From Deltaproteobacteria bacterium (GTDB lineage Bacteria > Bdellovibrionota_G > JALEGL01 > JAGRMV01), in assembly GCA_020441045.1 (NCBI GenBank), contig JAGRMV010000002.1, forward strand, positions 1 to 35,262: a DNA stretch of 35,262 nt, given 5' to 3'. How positions within the stretch are numbered: position 1 is the stretch's first letter; the number at the start of each line of letters is the position of its first letter. Positions 1-8,404 of this stretch are shown one piece after another. Made by a program: the position numbers and the translations under genes. Below the pieces are notes generated by a model, which saw only the letters and a list, made by a program, of their open reading frames with translations, ran no database searches and was not told the origin of the DNA.

Positions 1-21
1 GGCGTGGATATGTTTTGCGCC

Positions 22-1323
22 TTAAATTCTGACGATTTTGTTGTCACGAATACCACGGGTGGCGTTACGCGTATCAACGATGGCTTTGGCGTTTTCGACC
101 AATGCCGTCACTTCAAAATCGCGATGCCACGTGGTGATCACCACCAGGTCAAAACCTTGAATCACATCTGGAGAAATATCGATGGATTTTTCCACCGAGC
201 CATTGAATTTAAATTCGGCCACAAAGGGATCATGATAACTCACGTCTGCGCCTTTGGCCTTTAGAATTTTAAAAACATCGACAGCAGGGGACTCACGCAT
301 ATCAGAGATATTTTCTTTATAGGAAATCCCCATCAACAAGACTTTTGACCCATTGATACTAAGGCGCATGTCATTGAGTTTTTCACCTGCCAATTGCACA
401 ACATAGTTTGGCATGTCAGTGTTGATCTCAGAGGCCAGTTCAATAAAACGGGCATTGTAATTGAGGGTTTTTAATTTCCAAGAAAGATAGTGCGGATCGA
501 TCGGAATACAATGCCCGCCCAAACCTGGACCTGGATAAAAAGCCTTAAACCCGAACGGCTTGGTTGCCGCTGCGTTGATGACCTCATTGGTATCAATACC
601 TAAGATGTGGCACATTTGGGCAAGCTCATTGACCATACCAATATTGACACTGCGATAGGTGTTTTCCAATAGTTTGGCCATCTCGGCGACCTTGGTATCA
701 CTGACCGGGACAACGGTATCGACCACTTGATCATATAAACTACAGGTTATTTCGGTACAATCGCTGGTAACCCCACCAATGACTTTAGGGGTGTTTTTGA
801 ATTGATAGGTCTGGTTCCCGGGATCAATGCGTTCAGGTGAAAATGCGATAAAAATATCTTTGCCGACGGTAAAGCCCGCTTCTTCGACCAAGGGGACCAA
901 AATTTCTTCGGTGGTGCCAGGATAGGTGGTCGACTCAAGCACGATGAGCATGTCTTTGTGTAAATATTTTTTGAGCTGCTCACACACACTGAGGATATAG
1001 GACATATCTGGATCTTTGGTTTTCACCAGTGGTGTTGGGACACAAATCGAAACCGCATCCACTTCTTGCAGTTTAGAAAAGTCGGCTGTAGCTGTGATAA
1101 AACCTTTGCCGGTAGATCCGGTGACCGATGCCAACACTGCATCAGAGATATCTTCGACATGGGATGTGCCGTTATTGATATCCTGACATTTCGCAGGTAC
1201 GACATCAAAACCGATCACTTCAAATCCCTCTTTGGCAAAATCAACCGCCAGTGGCAGCCCCACATAGCCAAGTCCAACAACACCAAATACGACTTCTTTG
1301 TTTGTAATTTTATCTTTTAGCAT
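22..1323 (-). CDS. wecC: NAD-dependent UDP-N-acetyl-hexosamine 6-dehydrogenase (WecC/Cap5O/TviB family; most likely UDP-ManNAc dehydrogenase)
   Basis: 433 aa ORF. It has an N-terminal Rossmann motif 'GVVGLGYVGLPLA' and the catalytic-Cys region 'GPGLGGHCIPIDPHYL'. 'VIGG' and 'AEMAKLLENTYRSVNIG' blocks are typical of nucleotide-sugar dehydrogenases. It is the last gene of a wecG-wecB-wecA-like operon. The stop is TAA at 22-24. The ManNAc versus GlcNAc substrate cannot be decided by eye. Confidence 0.8.
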   Translation of the reverse strand: MLKDKITNKEVVFGVVGLGYVGLPLAVDFAKEGFEVIGFDVVPAKCQDINNGTSHVEDISDAVLASVTGSTGKGFITATADFSKLQEVDAVSICVPTPLVKTKDPDMSYILSVCEQLKKYLHKDMLIVLESTTYPGTTEEILVPLVEEAGFTVGKDIFIAFSPERIDPGNQTYQFKNTPKVIGGVTSDCTEITCSLYDQVVDTVVPVSDTKVAEMAKLLENTYRSVNIGMVNELAQMCHILGIDTNEVINAAATKPFGFKAFYPGPGLGGHCIPIDPHYLSWKLKTLNYNARFIELASEINTDMPNYVVQLAGEKLNDMRLSINGSKVLLMGISYKENISDMRESPAVDVFKILKAKGADVSYHDPFVAEFKFNGSVEKSIDISPDVIQGFDLVVITTWHRDFEVTALVENAKAIVDTRNATRGIRDNKIVRI

Positions 1324-1328
1324 ACCTA

Positions 1329-2462
1329 TTATCCTACCTTTTTGATCAAAGACCCGCGCCCTAGTTTTTTCTCGAGCAAGTATGCGCTTTTCGCATCCTT
1401 GACTTGGCTCTGGTCAAACTGTTCATAATTCAAAAACTTCACCAGCACCAAGGAAATAAATACAAAGAACACGACGCCAGCTGTTATGACAGCAAATGTC
1501 ATATCAATCAAGAGAAAACCTATGCCAGCACTTACCATGGCGTAGGTGGCCAAAATTACGTTGGTTTTACGCTGGGTGCATCCAGCCTTTAACAAACGAT
1601 GGTGCAAATGATCGCCATCGGCAGACATCGCTTTGCCGATCAGCTTGATGGGATTGTATTGTTTGTGGATGCGTACTTCTTTGGTCACGCGGCGAAAAAC
1701 TGAAATCGCAAATTCTAGCAGTGGATAAGACAGAAACAGCAAGGGCAACCAAATCAGACTCCCAGTATAAGCATGCAAACACTCGATACTCATCACCGCA
1801 AGCGCATACCCTAAAAACATACTGCCGCCATCGCCCATGAATATTTTGGCAGGATGAAAGTTGTAGAGAAAAAAGCCTAGCACCGCACCAACCAATAAAA
1901 AACATAATATCGCAATCGGCATATTGTGCTCCAACGCAGCCAATATACCTAACGCAAATAACACAATTACAACATAAGAAGAAGCCAGACCATCCATACC
2001 GTCGATCATATTCAACGCATTCATGACCACAATAATCCAAAGCACTGTCATCGGCATAGACAAATACCCCAAATCTAGACCTGTCCCAAAGCCAAAGTGG
2101 ACTTGCTCAATATGAAACCCGGCGCCATAGGTCATAAGGCCCAGAAGGAGCTGTCCAAGCAATTTACGTTTTGGGGAAAGGGTGAAGAAGTCATCGACCG
2201 AGCCAAGTAGCATCGCTGCAACAGCGCCATAAAGTAAAAAAGAATAATCCTTCGAGAGCACCGTAAAGTAGGAGACTGCAGGGAAAAGCAAAATACTCGA
2301 TAAAAAAATCCCCACCCCTCCGTGGCGTGAGATTGGAAACAAATGAATCTTTCGTGAGTTCGGAAAATCGACCCAGTTATAAAGTTGGCAAACTTTCATC
2401 ACAACTGGCATCAAGGCGATCGATACCAAAAAAGAAATGATGAAGCTTAAAAATAAAATCAT
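1329..2462 (-). CDS. wecA: Polyprenyl-phosphate HexNAc-1-phosphate transferase (GT4/MraY-WecA-TagO family initiating transferase)
   Basis: 377 aa and strongly hydrophobic, with about 10 predicted TM segments. It carries family motifs 'NALNMIDGMDGLA' and 'IFMGDGGSMFLGY'. ATG is at 2462. It lies 5 nt upstream of the dehydrogenase gene. Confidence 0.8.
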   Translation of the reverse strand: MILFLSFIISFLVSIALMPVVMKVCQLYNWVDFPNSRKIHLFPISRHGGVGIFLSSILLFPAVSYFTVLSKDYSFLLYGAVAAMLLGSVDDFFTLSPKRKLLGQLLLGLMTYGAGFHIEQVHFGFGTGLDLGYLSMPMTVLWIIVVMNALNMIDGMDGLASSYVVIVLFALGILAALEHNMPIAILCFLLVGAVLGFFLYNFHPAKIFMGDGGSMFLGYALAVMSIECLHAYTGSLIWLPLLFLSYPLLEFAISVFRRVTKEVRIHKQYNPIKLIGKAMSADGDHLHHRLLKAGCTQRKTNVILATYAMVSAGIGFLLIDMTFAVITAGVVFFVFISLVLVKFLNYEQFDQSQVKDAKSAYLLEKKLGRGSLIKKVG

Positions 2463-2581
2463 ACCATTGTTGCCATTTTAACACACTTGCGTGCAAATTA
2501 AGGTTATACATCAGGCTCAATTAACGCCCGTAAGGCATCTATTAACAGATATTTGCCCGTTTTAGCAAAAAAACCGCCAGT

Positions 2582-3667
2582 TCAAAGAACTTCTGTCAAT
2601 TTCTCTAAAATACGTTTGCCAGCTTGCCCATCCCATAGCGGTGGAATGGCAACCTGACTTACATCAAATGCCTGCAATGATGGTCTTATGGCTTCGAGGT
2701 TTTTATTGATCAAAAAGTTCGACCCCATGTCCGTCGTACTGGGTCTTTCTGTATTGGGTCGCAGGGTAAAGCACGGTTTTTTAAGATAGGTGGTCTCTTC
2801 TTGAATGCCACCACTATCAGTTAAAACAAAGTCGGCATGGTAGACCAGTGACATAAATGAAAAATAAGGCTGTGGCGCAATCAATACAAAACGGCGACGC
2901 ACATCATCTGGAATATGCTCCATCATCTTTTGGGTACGCGGGTGCACAGGAAAAATAATTTTGGTCTGCGCTGGAATATTTTCAACAATGTTTTGTAAAC
3001 GCTGCGCAAGCTCATCGGATGTATCAACATTGGCAGGGCGATGCAGCGTCAACACGCAGTAAGGATCTTTTTCAAGTCCAAATGTTGTTAATACCTGGCG
3101 ATCTTCTATCGATATAAGGTTGGATACCAGCGTATCGATCATAGTATTGCCGACAAAAAAAATACGCGCAAGATCGATGCCCTCATGCGCAAGATTGACG
3201 TTGGCTGATTTTTCCGTCGTAAAAAGATAATCAGAAATATGATCGGTGATTTTGCGATTGATTTCTTCCGGCATCCCTGTGTCAAAACTGCGTAACCCCG
3301 CCTCAATATGTGCGACTTTGATTTGCAATTTAGTGGCCACCAATGCGCACGCAACGGTTGAATTCATATCACCAATGACAACAACCAGGTCAAACGCATG
3401 TTGTGCCAGGACTTTTTCAAATCCAACCATGATTTGCGCGGTCTGGCTGGCATGGCTGCCACTACCTACATTCAGATGGTAATCAGGCGCAGGCAAACAA
3501 AGCTGTTCAAAAAAAACTTCATCCATTTCCTTAGAGTAGTGTTGTCCGGTATGCAGTAGCTGCAACGAAAGCTCAGGAAACTGGCTGGATACCCGGAACA
3601 ATGAAGCGGCTTTCATCATATTCGGTCGCCCCCCCACACAGATCAGTATTTTTTTCAACGCTTCCAC
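2582..3667 (-). CDS. wecB: UDP-N-acetylglucosamine 2-epimerase (non-hydrolysing)
   Basis: 361 aa with motifs 'GGRPNMMKAA', 'HTGQHYS', 'HIEAGLRSFD' and 'DSGGIQEETT'. The apparent start is GTG at 3667, overlapping the stop of the upstream wecG-like gene by 13 nt. Confidence 0.9.
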   Translation of the reverse strand: MEALKKILICVGGRPNMMKAASLFRVSSQFPELSLQLLHTGQHYSKEMDEVFFEQLCLPAPDYHLNVGSGSHASQTAQIMVGFEKVLAQHAFDLVVVIGDMNSTVACALVATKLQIKVAHIEAGLRSFDTGMPEEINRKITDHISDYLFTTEKSANVNLAHEGIDLARIFFVGNTMIDTLVSNLISIEDRQVLTTFGLEKDPYCVLTLHRPANVDTSDELAQRLQNIVENIPAQTKIIFPVHPRTQKMMEHIPDDVRRRFVLIAPQPYFSFMSLVYHADFVLTDSGGIQEETTYLKKPCFTLRPNTERPSTTDMGSNFLINKNLEAIRPSLQAFDVSQVAIPPLWDGQAGKRILEKLTEVL

Positions 3668-4446
3668 CTTTCTTTTAAAACACGTACGCCATATAGCATA
3701 AGCGGTTTGATTCGTTTATATCTTTGTAGGGGTTGGCTGACAATTCTATACAGCCACTCCATTCCGATACGACGTATCCATTGCGGCGCGCGCGTTACTG
3801 CGCCAGAAAGCACATCAAAACTACCACCAACCCCAGTAAAAAGCGTCTGTGGAAAACGGTTGACCTGTTCGATTATCCATTGTTCCTGCTTAGGTGATCC
3901 CAACCCGACAAAGACCAGGTCTGGGGGAGTCGACTGCATCAGCTGCGTAATATATCCTGAATCATTCTGATAGCCATCGACAGCAAAGGCAATGTTAAGT
4001 TTCGGGTAAGCAACTTGCAGAGCTTGTAATGCTTTTGCTATATTGTCTTTGCTGGCACCATATAGTGCGATGGTTTTTTTTTCTTTTTCACAAAGGGCGG
4101 CCACATCAAGTAGTAAATCTGCACCTGTTACCCTTTCTATATTTTTTTGTTGAAGAAGTTTGCTGGCTATCGCCACCCCTATCCCATCAGCATAGACAAA
4201 ATGCGCCTGCAATAATAGCTGGCATACATCTTGGCTTGCAATGGCATGCATGATTTTTTCAGGATTCAAGGCAATATAATACCCACCACTGCCTTGCGCA
4301 AGTAGTACTTGCACCCTAGCCATGATTTCAGCATGCGTTATAGCCAATGGTAAAACCTTCAGCAAGGCTCTGATTGAATCGGTAGATCGATAATTCACTG
4401 CATGCCTCTGCGATAACGTTGGCCAAGAAAAAGGGCGATCTTGCAA
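3655..4446 (-). CDS. wecG: WecG/TagA/CpsF-family glycosyltransferase (N-acetylmannosamin(uron)yl transferase)
   Basis: 263 aa with motifs 'ALNPEKIMHA', 'YADGIGV', 'VGLGSPKQEQWI' and 'GVGGSFDVLSG'. The ORF-track start is TTG at 4446. No ATG lies upstream of the conserved core, so the exact start is uncertain. Confidence 0.8.
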   Translation of the reverse strand: MQDRPFSWPTLSQRHAVNYRSTDSIRALLKVLPLAITHAEIMARVQVLLAQGSGGYYIALNPEKIMHAIASQDVCQLLLQAHFVYADGIGVAIASKLLQQKNIERVTGADLLLDVAALCEKEKKTIALYGASKDNIAKALQALQVAYPKLNIAFAVDGYQNDSGYITQLMQSTPPDLVFVGLGSPKQEQWIIEQVNRFPQTLFTGVGGSFDVLSGAVTRAPQWIRRIGMEWLYRIVSQPLQRYKRIKPLMLYGVRVLKERWKR

Positions 4447-4599
4447 GTGTCATCAAACATTTTCTGTAGTACCTATATAGCTTCTGACGATCCGTCAATC
4501 AACCCTTGACCTTCCTGGGGACAGGGTGTAGTAGTCGTGAAACAATTTTGGATTAATTTTAACTAGTTAGATAGTGATTGTACATAGTACGGACGTTGT
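4447..4599. promoter_or_regulatory. Divergent intergenic region between the wecG-like operon (-) and wzm/wzt (+); presumed bidirectional promoter region
   Basis: This 153 bp non-coding gap separates divergently oriented operons. It contains 'TTGACC' (4506-4511) and a perfect 10-bp palindrome 'TAACTAGTTA' (4560-4569) about 30 nt upstream of the wzm ATG. No convincing -10 box was identified by eye. Confidence 0.3.
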
Positions 4600-5355
4600 A
4601 TGCTAAACAAAAAAGATATCGTTGTTTTCTATACCAAGGCAAAGTTGGAAAACGACATCTTTAATAACTATATCGGTTTTCTATGGTGGCTGTTGGATCC
4701 GGTGCTATCGGCTGTCGTCTACTACGTTGTATTTGATCTTATTTTACGACGAGGTGGCCCCGATTATATTATGTACCTCTTTGTTGGTATTGTTGTCTGG
4801 AAATGGTTTCAAACCACGATCAAATCTGGCAGCGCTTCTATTTTGAACAATAAAAATCTCTACAAAAAGGTCTATCTGCCAAAAATTGTTTTTCCTTGGA
4901 TCGAAATCAATTTTGCTTCATTCAAATTTATTTTTGCCATTGTCTTTATCGCTGTACTGTATCCTCTGCTGGGTTTTCCGTTGACGCTCAATTACTTATA
5001 TCTACCCATTTCATTTTTCGCACTGTTTGTTTTTATGCTTGGCATAAGTACTTTATTGGCTGCCTTGGTGCCTTTTATTCCCGACATCAACCTTGTCATT
5101 GCTCATCTATTGCGTTTGTTATTTTACCCTTCAGGCATTTTGTTTCGCCCCAACCAAGTCCCAGATCGGTTGCAGTTTGTATTGACTTACAACCCGATCG
5201 CGCAAGGGGTCAAAGCATTTCGCGATATTTTGATGTATGGGGAAGCGCCATCAACTTTTGGCATTTTCTTTTTGATTGGACTTGGATTGGCGACCTATTT
5301 TATAGGGGTGATCTTGATTAAAAAATTTGAGGGGAAATATGCCAAACTTGCCTGA
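4600..5355 (+). CDS. wzm: ABC-2 type polysaccharide/teichoic-acid exporter permease (Wzm/TagG/KpsM family)
   Basis: 251 aa with about 6 hydrophobic TM segments. It is followed immediately, with overlap, by a Wzt-type ATPase. Size and topology are typical of ABC-2 permeases. Confidence 0.8.
   Translation: MLNKKDIVVFYTKAKLENDIFNNYIGFLWWLLDPVLSAVVYYVVFDLILRRGGPDYIMYLFVGIVVWKWFQTTIKSGSASILNNKNLYKKVYLPKIVFPWIEINFASFKFIFAIVFIAVLYPLLGFPLTLNYLYLPISFFALFVFMLGISTLLAALVPFIPDINLVIAHLLRLLFYPSGILFRPNQVPDRLQFVLTYNPIAQGVKAFRDILMYGEAPSTFGIFFLIGLGLATYFIGVILIKKFEGKYAKLA
5329..5334 (+). promoter_or_regulatory. Shine-Dalgarno-like site for wzt
   Basis: 'GAGGGG' lies 4 nt upstream of the ATG at 5339. The TTG at 5327 used by the ORF track has no such site. 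Confidence 0.5.
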
Positions 5356-6049
5356 TGCAACACGGGTCATTGACTGCCAAAATATTGCTGTTTATTATCC
5401 ACCACAAAATTCAATCTATCGGCGAAGCAATAAAGAAGATGGATTTTGGGCTGTGCGCGATGTTAGTTTTCAATTGAACAAGAATGATGTTCTTGGCTTG
5501 ATTGGGCGTAATGGCGCGGGCAAAAGTACAATTTTATCGGTTGTCAACAACATCATCGAGCCAGACAAAGGAAAAATCGAAACCTATGGTCATTCGACCA
5601 TGTTACTTTCGATCAATGCTGGTATGTCCAATAAACTCTCGGGAAGAAAAAATATTTATATGATGGGACTCACCCTTGGTATTCCCAAACCAATCATTGA
5701 TGAAAAAATCGAAGAGATCATTGACTTTACTGACATCCGCACCTTTATTGATAAACCTGTAGAAACCTACTCTTCGGGGATGAAAACGCGGTTGGGATTT
5801 TCAACGGCGCTGTATTTGGAACCTGAAATATTTTTGGTTGATGAAGCCCTTGGGGTTGGCGATAAAGACTTTCGCAAAAAATCATCCAATGCGCTCCACG
5901 ACAAGCTATCTAAAAACTCGACTGGCATCATTGCATCACACAATGAGAAAACCATCAAAGAGCTTTGCAACAAAGCACTGCTGATTGAAGAAGGGCAAAG
6001 TATTGCTTTTGGTACACCTGAGGAAGTTTTTAAACAATACAACAAGTAA
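5339..6049 (+). CDS. wzt: ABC polysaccharide exporter ATP-binding protein (Wzt/TagH/KpsT family, short form without C-terminal carbohydrate-binding domain)
   Basis: It has Walker A 'GRNGAGKST', ABC signature 'YSSGMKTRLGF', Walker B 'IFLVDEALGVGD' and H-loop 'IIASHN'. The preferred start is ATG 5339 (236 aa), overlapping the wzm end by 17 nt. Confidence 0.9.
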   Translation: MPNLPDATRVIDCQNIAVYYPPQNSIYRRSNKEDGFWAVRDVSFQLNKNDVLGLIGRNGAGKSTILSVVNNIIEPDKGKIETYGHSTMLLSINAGMSNKLSGRKNIYMMGLTLGIPKPIIDEKIEEIIDFTDIRTFIDKPVETYSSGMKTRLGFSTALYLEPEIFLVDEALGVGDKDFRKKSSNALHDKLSKNSTGIIASHNEKTIKELCNKALLIEEGQSIAFGTPEEVFKQYNK

Positions 6050-6060
6050 TCAAATCAATA

Positions 6061-6720
6061 TTATTTCACTTGCTGATGTAGTTTCGGTGCAACAATTGAA
6101 TCGTGTTTGATCGCTTGTTCCAAAAGATCTTGCAATTGATTTTTTTCAATCTTAGATGGGTCATATTCGTTGGACATCAACACTCGATAGTAACCTTCAC
6201 AGACAGGATCATACTGTTTGATCTTGGACAAAAAGTAATCCAATGCCACTTCATCACGATTGGATACGGCCTGCTGAATCAGTTCGTTGAATACTTCTTT
6301 GAGTTCGGCTGTATAACTAGCATCTTCTCCTTGCAGCGTTTCCATATATTCGTAAAAAATCGGCACCAATTCTTGATTGCCGGTTTCTTTGGCGTAATCA
6401 ATAAATTTTTTAATGATATAGATTTTGCTTTTCTCATCTGAAATAAATAGTTTTTTTGCCAGCGCAGCATTGATATAACGCTGATAATTACCATTTTCTT
6501 GTAAGAAGGCCTCAAATTGTTGTCGAGAAACTCTCTTGCCAAGTAGTGCATAAAATGGGTGAAAAATGCGCAGCTTAACAAAGACAAAAGCGATCGACCT
6601 TTTGATCCAGCCTTTACATTTACGCAAAAAGCTTACAACAGCCATCATTCTGCGCACACCAATGGTCCGGGTCAAACGGTTTTTAAGCGCTTCCTTGCAT
6701 ATAAAAACAACATTACTCAT
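6061..6720 (-). CDS. Hypothetical helical protein, homologous only to the N-terminal module of the three upstream paralogues
   Basis: 219 aa. The block 'VALDYFLSKIKQYDPVCEGYYRVLMSNEY' aligns with 'FEYFLQKIKKYDEIFELYYRYVARQF' (6717-8402) and 'LNFFLDKLQHGDAIYEQYYRLLSNQF' (8405-10087). 'KLRIFHPFY' aligns with 'KLIRIFPNFF'. Its start forms an ATGA overlap with the upstream stop (6717-6720). It is convergent with wzt, 11 nt apart. Confidence 0.5.
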   Translation of the reverse strand: MSNVVFICKEALKNRLTRTIGVRRMMAVVSFLRKCKGWIKRSIAFVFVKLRIFHPFYALLGKRVSRQQFEAFLQENGNYQRYINAALAKKLFISDEKSKIYIIKKFIDYAKETGNQELVPIFYEYMETLQGEDASYTAELKEVFNELIQQAVSNRDEVALDYFLSKIKQYDPVCEGYYRVLMSNEYDPSKIEKNQLQDLLEQAIKHDSIVAPKLHQQVK

Positions 6721-8402
6721 ACCAACTCCGATACCCCTCTGGTTTTATGCCCCAGCCAATAGTCTCCCATGGCGCCCACGTCCAAAGCGACTGCACCTTT
6801 TTCTTTGGATTTTTTCAAAAAACATTTTCCAGCAAAACCCGCTGCGACCAAAACCAGATCACCTTTTTCAACAGTAGACTCGACCTCTGCAATCAACGCA
6901 TCAATTTTAAATGGCATCGATTGTGCTTTGGTTCTTTCTTTGGGAACTTGTATGGTGACAATATCATAACCAGCAAAGGCTTGTTTCATTTCATCGGAAT
7001 CGTAATTTGAAATGACGACCACTTTATTGGCCAACGCAAAGAAATCGGTCACTTTTTCTTTGGTGAACAAAACCTGATGGCAGCGATTTTCTGAAAAAAC
7101 CATATTTGCATGAAATTTGCGCGCATCCATATCTTTTTGCAACTGTTCCATGATCATCACAGAACCGCGTTGATTTCTACGCTCTGTAAAGGATGTGCGT
7201 AAGTTAGGCAAATCCGAGACAAATCGAAAAATGCTAGGAATGCCTAGAACATCACAGTCATAAAAGGTTTCAAGAAAGTGATCCGAAAGTTTTTTACGTA
7301 AACCATGACTTAAATTGACGCCCCACCATTTCATCTCACGCGACTGACAATCGATCAAAAACGTCTCATCAACATTGCGGATATTCTGAAAACCATAGGT
7401 ATCGGCATCTCCAATTCGAAGCATAAACATTGGTTTTTGCTCACGCAAGTGTGACATAATTTTATCATACAGCTGCTTTTGCTCGTTTTGATCAATACGA
7501 ATATCGAGTAGTGTTGTGTAGTTTGCAGACATTTGGCGATATTGTTTTCGTAAATTGTCAATATAGGATTTATTGTCAGCATCCCCAGGAATATCCTCTA
7601 AATGATCAAATACCGCTTCCCAATGTTTCTTTTCAGTTGGCGCTGTCTGACCCAAGGCATTATGAATTTCTTGTGTGACTTCATACAGTTTGATTTCGCC
7701 ATATTTTTTAAGCTCTGGATCAACTATATTTGCAATCACTTTATTCCGGTAGGCCAAAGCCTGTTCGGGTTGTTTTTTCTTCAAGGCCAATTTGATAATA
7801 CCGATGGACAATCGTAAATACTGATGTCGTCCAAAAAGATAGGCCTTGCCTTCTTTATCTAGATAGGCAATGGCATTGTCTAAGTCTTCTGCCTGAATCA
7901 GCTTGGTGATATATTGTGAAGCGATACTACGAAACAATGTCGACGCTTCACGCTCTGCTCGATCATAAAGCGCCTTCCACTCATCTTCTGACACACTACC
8001 TTCTAGAAACTGTCGCGCGACATATCGATAATACAGTTCGAAGATTTCATCATATTTTTTGATCTTCTGAAGGAAGTATTCAAATTTATAAAAATCTCTC
8101 AACGCATATGCCTCATGGATAATACGCTCATAGGTTTTTACAATTCTTTTTTGCACTCCACCATGGGTTGGCACATCATAAGATAAGAGTTCTAGAAAGG
8201 CTGATCGTAGTTCATGCTCTTCAAGTTCTTTTAAATCATCTACGACTTCTTCTAAAAAGTGAATACGGTTCTTTTTCTCGGAAAAATATTTATCCGCAAC
8301 CTTGTTATAAATATCAAATTTTTCTACATTCTCTTTATAGAACAAAAAGTCGTTCATCAAACGATTGGGCACTTTGGAAAATATTTGACTGAGTTTTGCC
8401 AT
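6717..8402 (-). CDS. Uncharacterised two-domain protein, paralogue A (helical N-domain plus putative GT-D-like C-domain; metal-site motif reads GDAD)
   Basis: The C-terminal half shares ordered blocks with paralogues B and C: 'LLDIRID', 'LRIGDADTYGF', 'REMKWWG', 'DVLGIPS', 'QRGS', 'ENRCHQVLF', 'VPKER', 'LVLVAAGFAGKCFL' and 'ALDVGAMGDYWLGHKTR'. The preferred start is ATG 8402 ('MAKLSQIF'), 2 nt after the stop of paralogue B. The ORF-track TTG at 8450 would overlap B by 46 nt. Confidence 0.6.
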   Translation of the reverse strand: MAKLSQIFSKVPNRLMNDFLFYKENVEKFDIYNKVADKYFSEKKNRIHFLEEVVDDLKELEEHELRSAFLELLSYDVPTHGGVQKRIVKTYERIIHEAYALRDFYKFEYFLQKIKKYDEIFELYYRYVARQFLEGSVSEDEWKALYDRAEREASTLFRSIASQYITKLIQAEDLDNAIAYLDKEGKAYLFGRHQYLRLSIGIIKLALKKKQPEQALAYRNKVIANIVDPELKKYGEIKLYEVTQEIHNALGQTAPTEKKHWEAVFDHLEDIPGDADNKSYIDNLRKQYRQMSANYTTLLDIRIDQNEQKQLYDKIMSHLREQKPMFMLRIGDADTYGFQNIRNVDETFLIDCQSREMKWWGVNLSHGLRKKLSDHFLETFYDCDVLGIPSIFRFVSDLPNLRTSFTERRNQRGSVMIMEQLQKDMDARKFHANMVFSENRCHQVLFTKEKVTDFFALANKVVVISNYDSDEMKQAFAGYDIVTIQVPKERTKAQSMPFKIDALIAEVESTVEKGDLVLVAAGFAGKCFLKKSKEKGAVALDVGAMGDYWLGHKTRGVSELV

Positions 8403-8404
8403 AG

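Noticed and set aside
4506-4540. Possible sigma70 promoter, with TTGACC followed 17 nt later by TAGTAG, upstream of wzm
   Set aside because: The -10 candidate matches only 3 of 6 consensus positions. This is too weak to call without TSS data, so it is mentioned only inside the intergenic-region feature.
4896-5321. 141-aa alternative-frame ORF inside wzm, along with 4622-4846
   Set aside because: It is on the same strand but out of frame with the ABC-2 permease. The permease frame gives coherent TM helices and this frame does not.
6030-6075. Possible bidirectional terminator hairpin between convergent wzt and the 219-aa ORF
   Set aside because: Only an imperfect 5-7-bp complementarity (CAAGTAA ... 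TCACTTG) with a loop of about 19 nt, lying largely inside coding sequence. It is not convincing.
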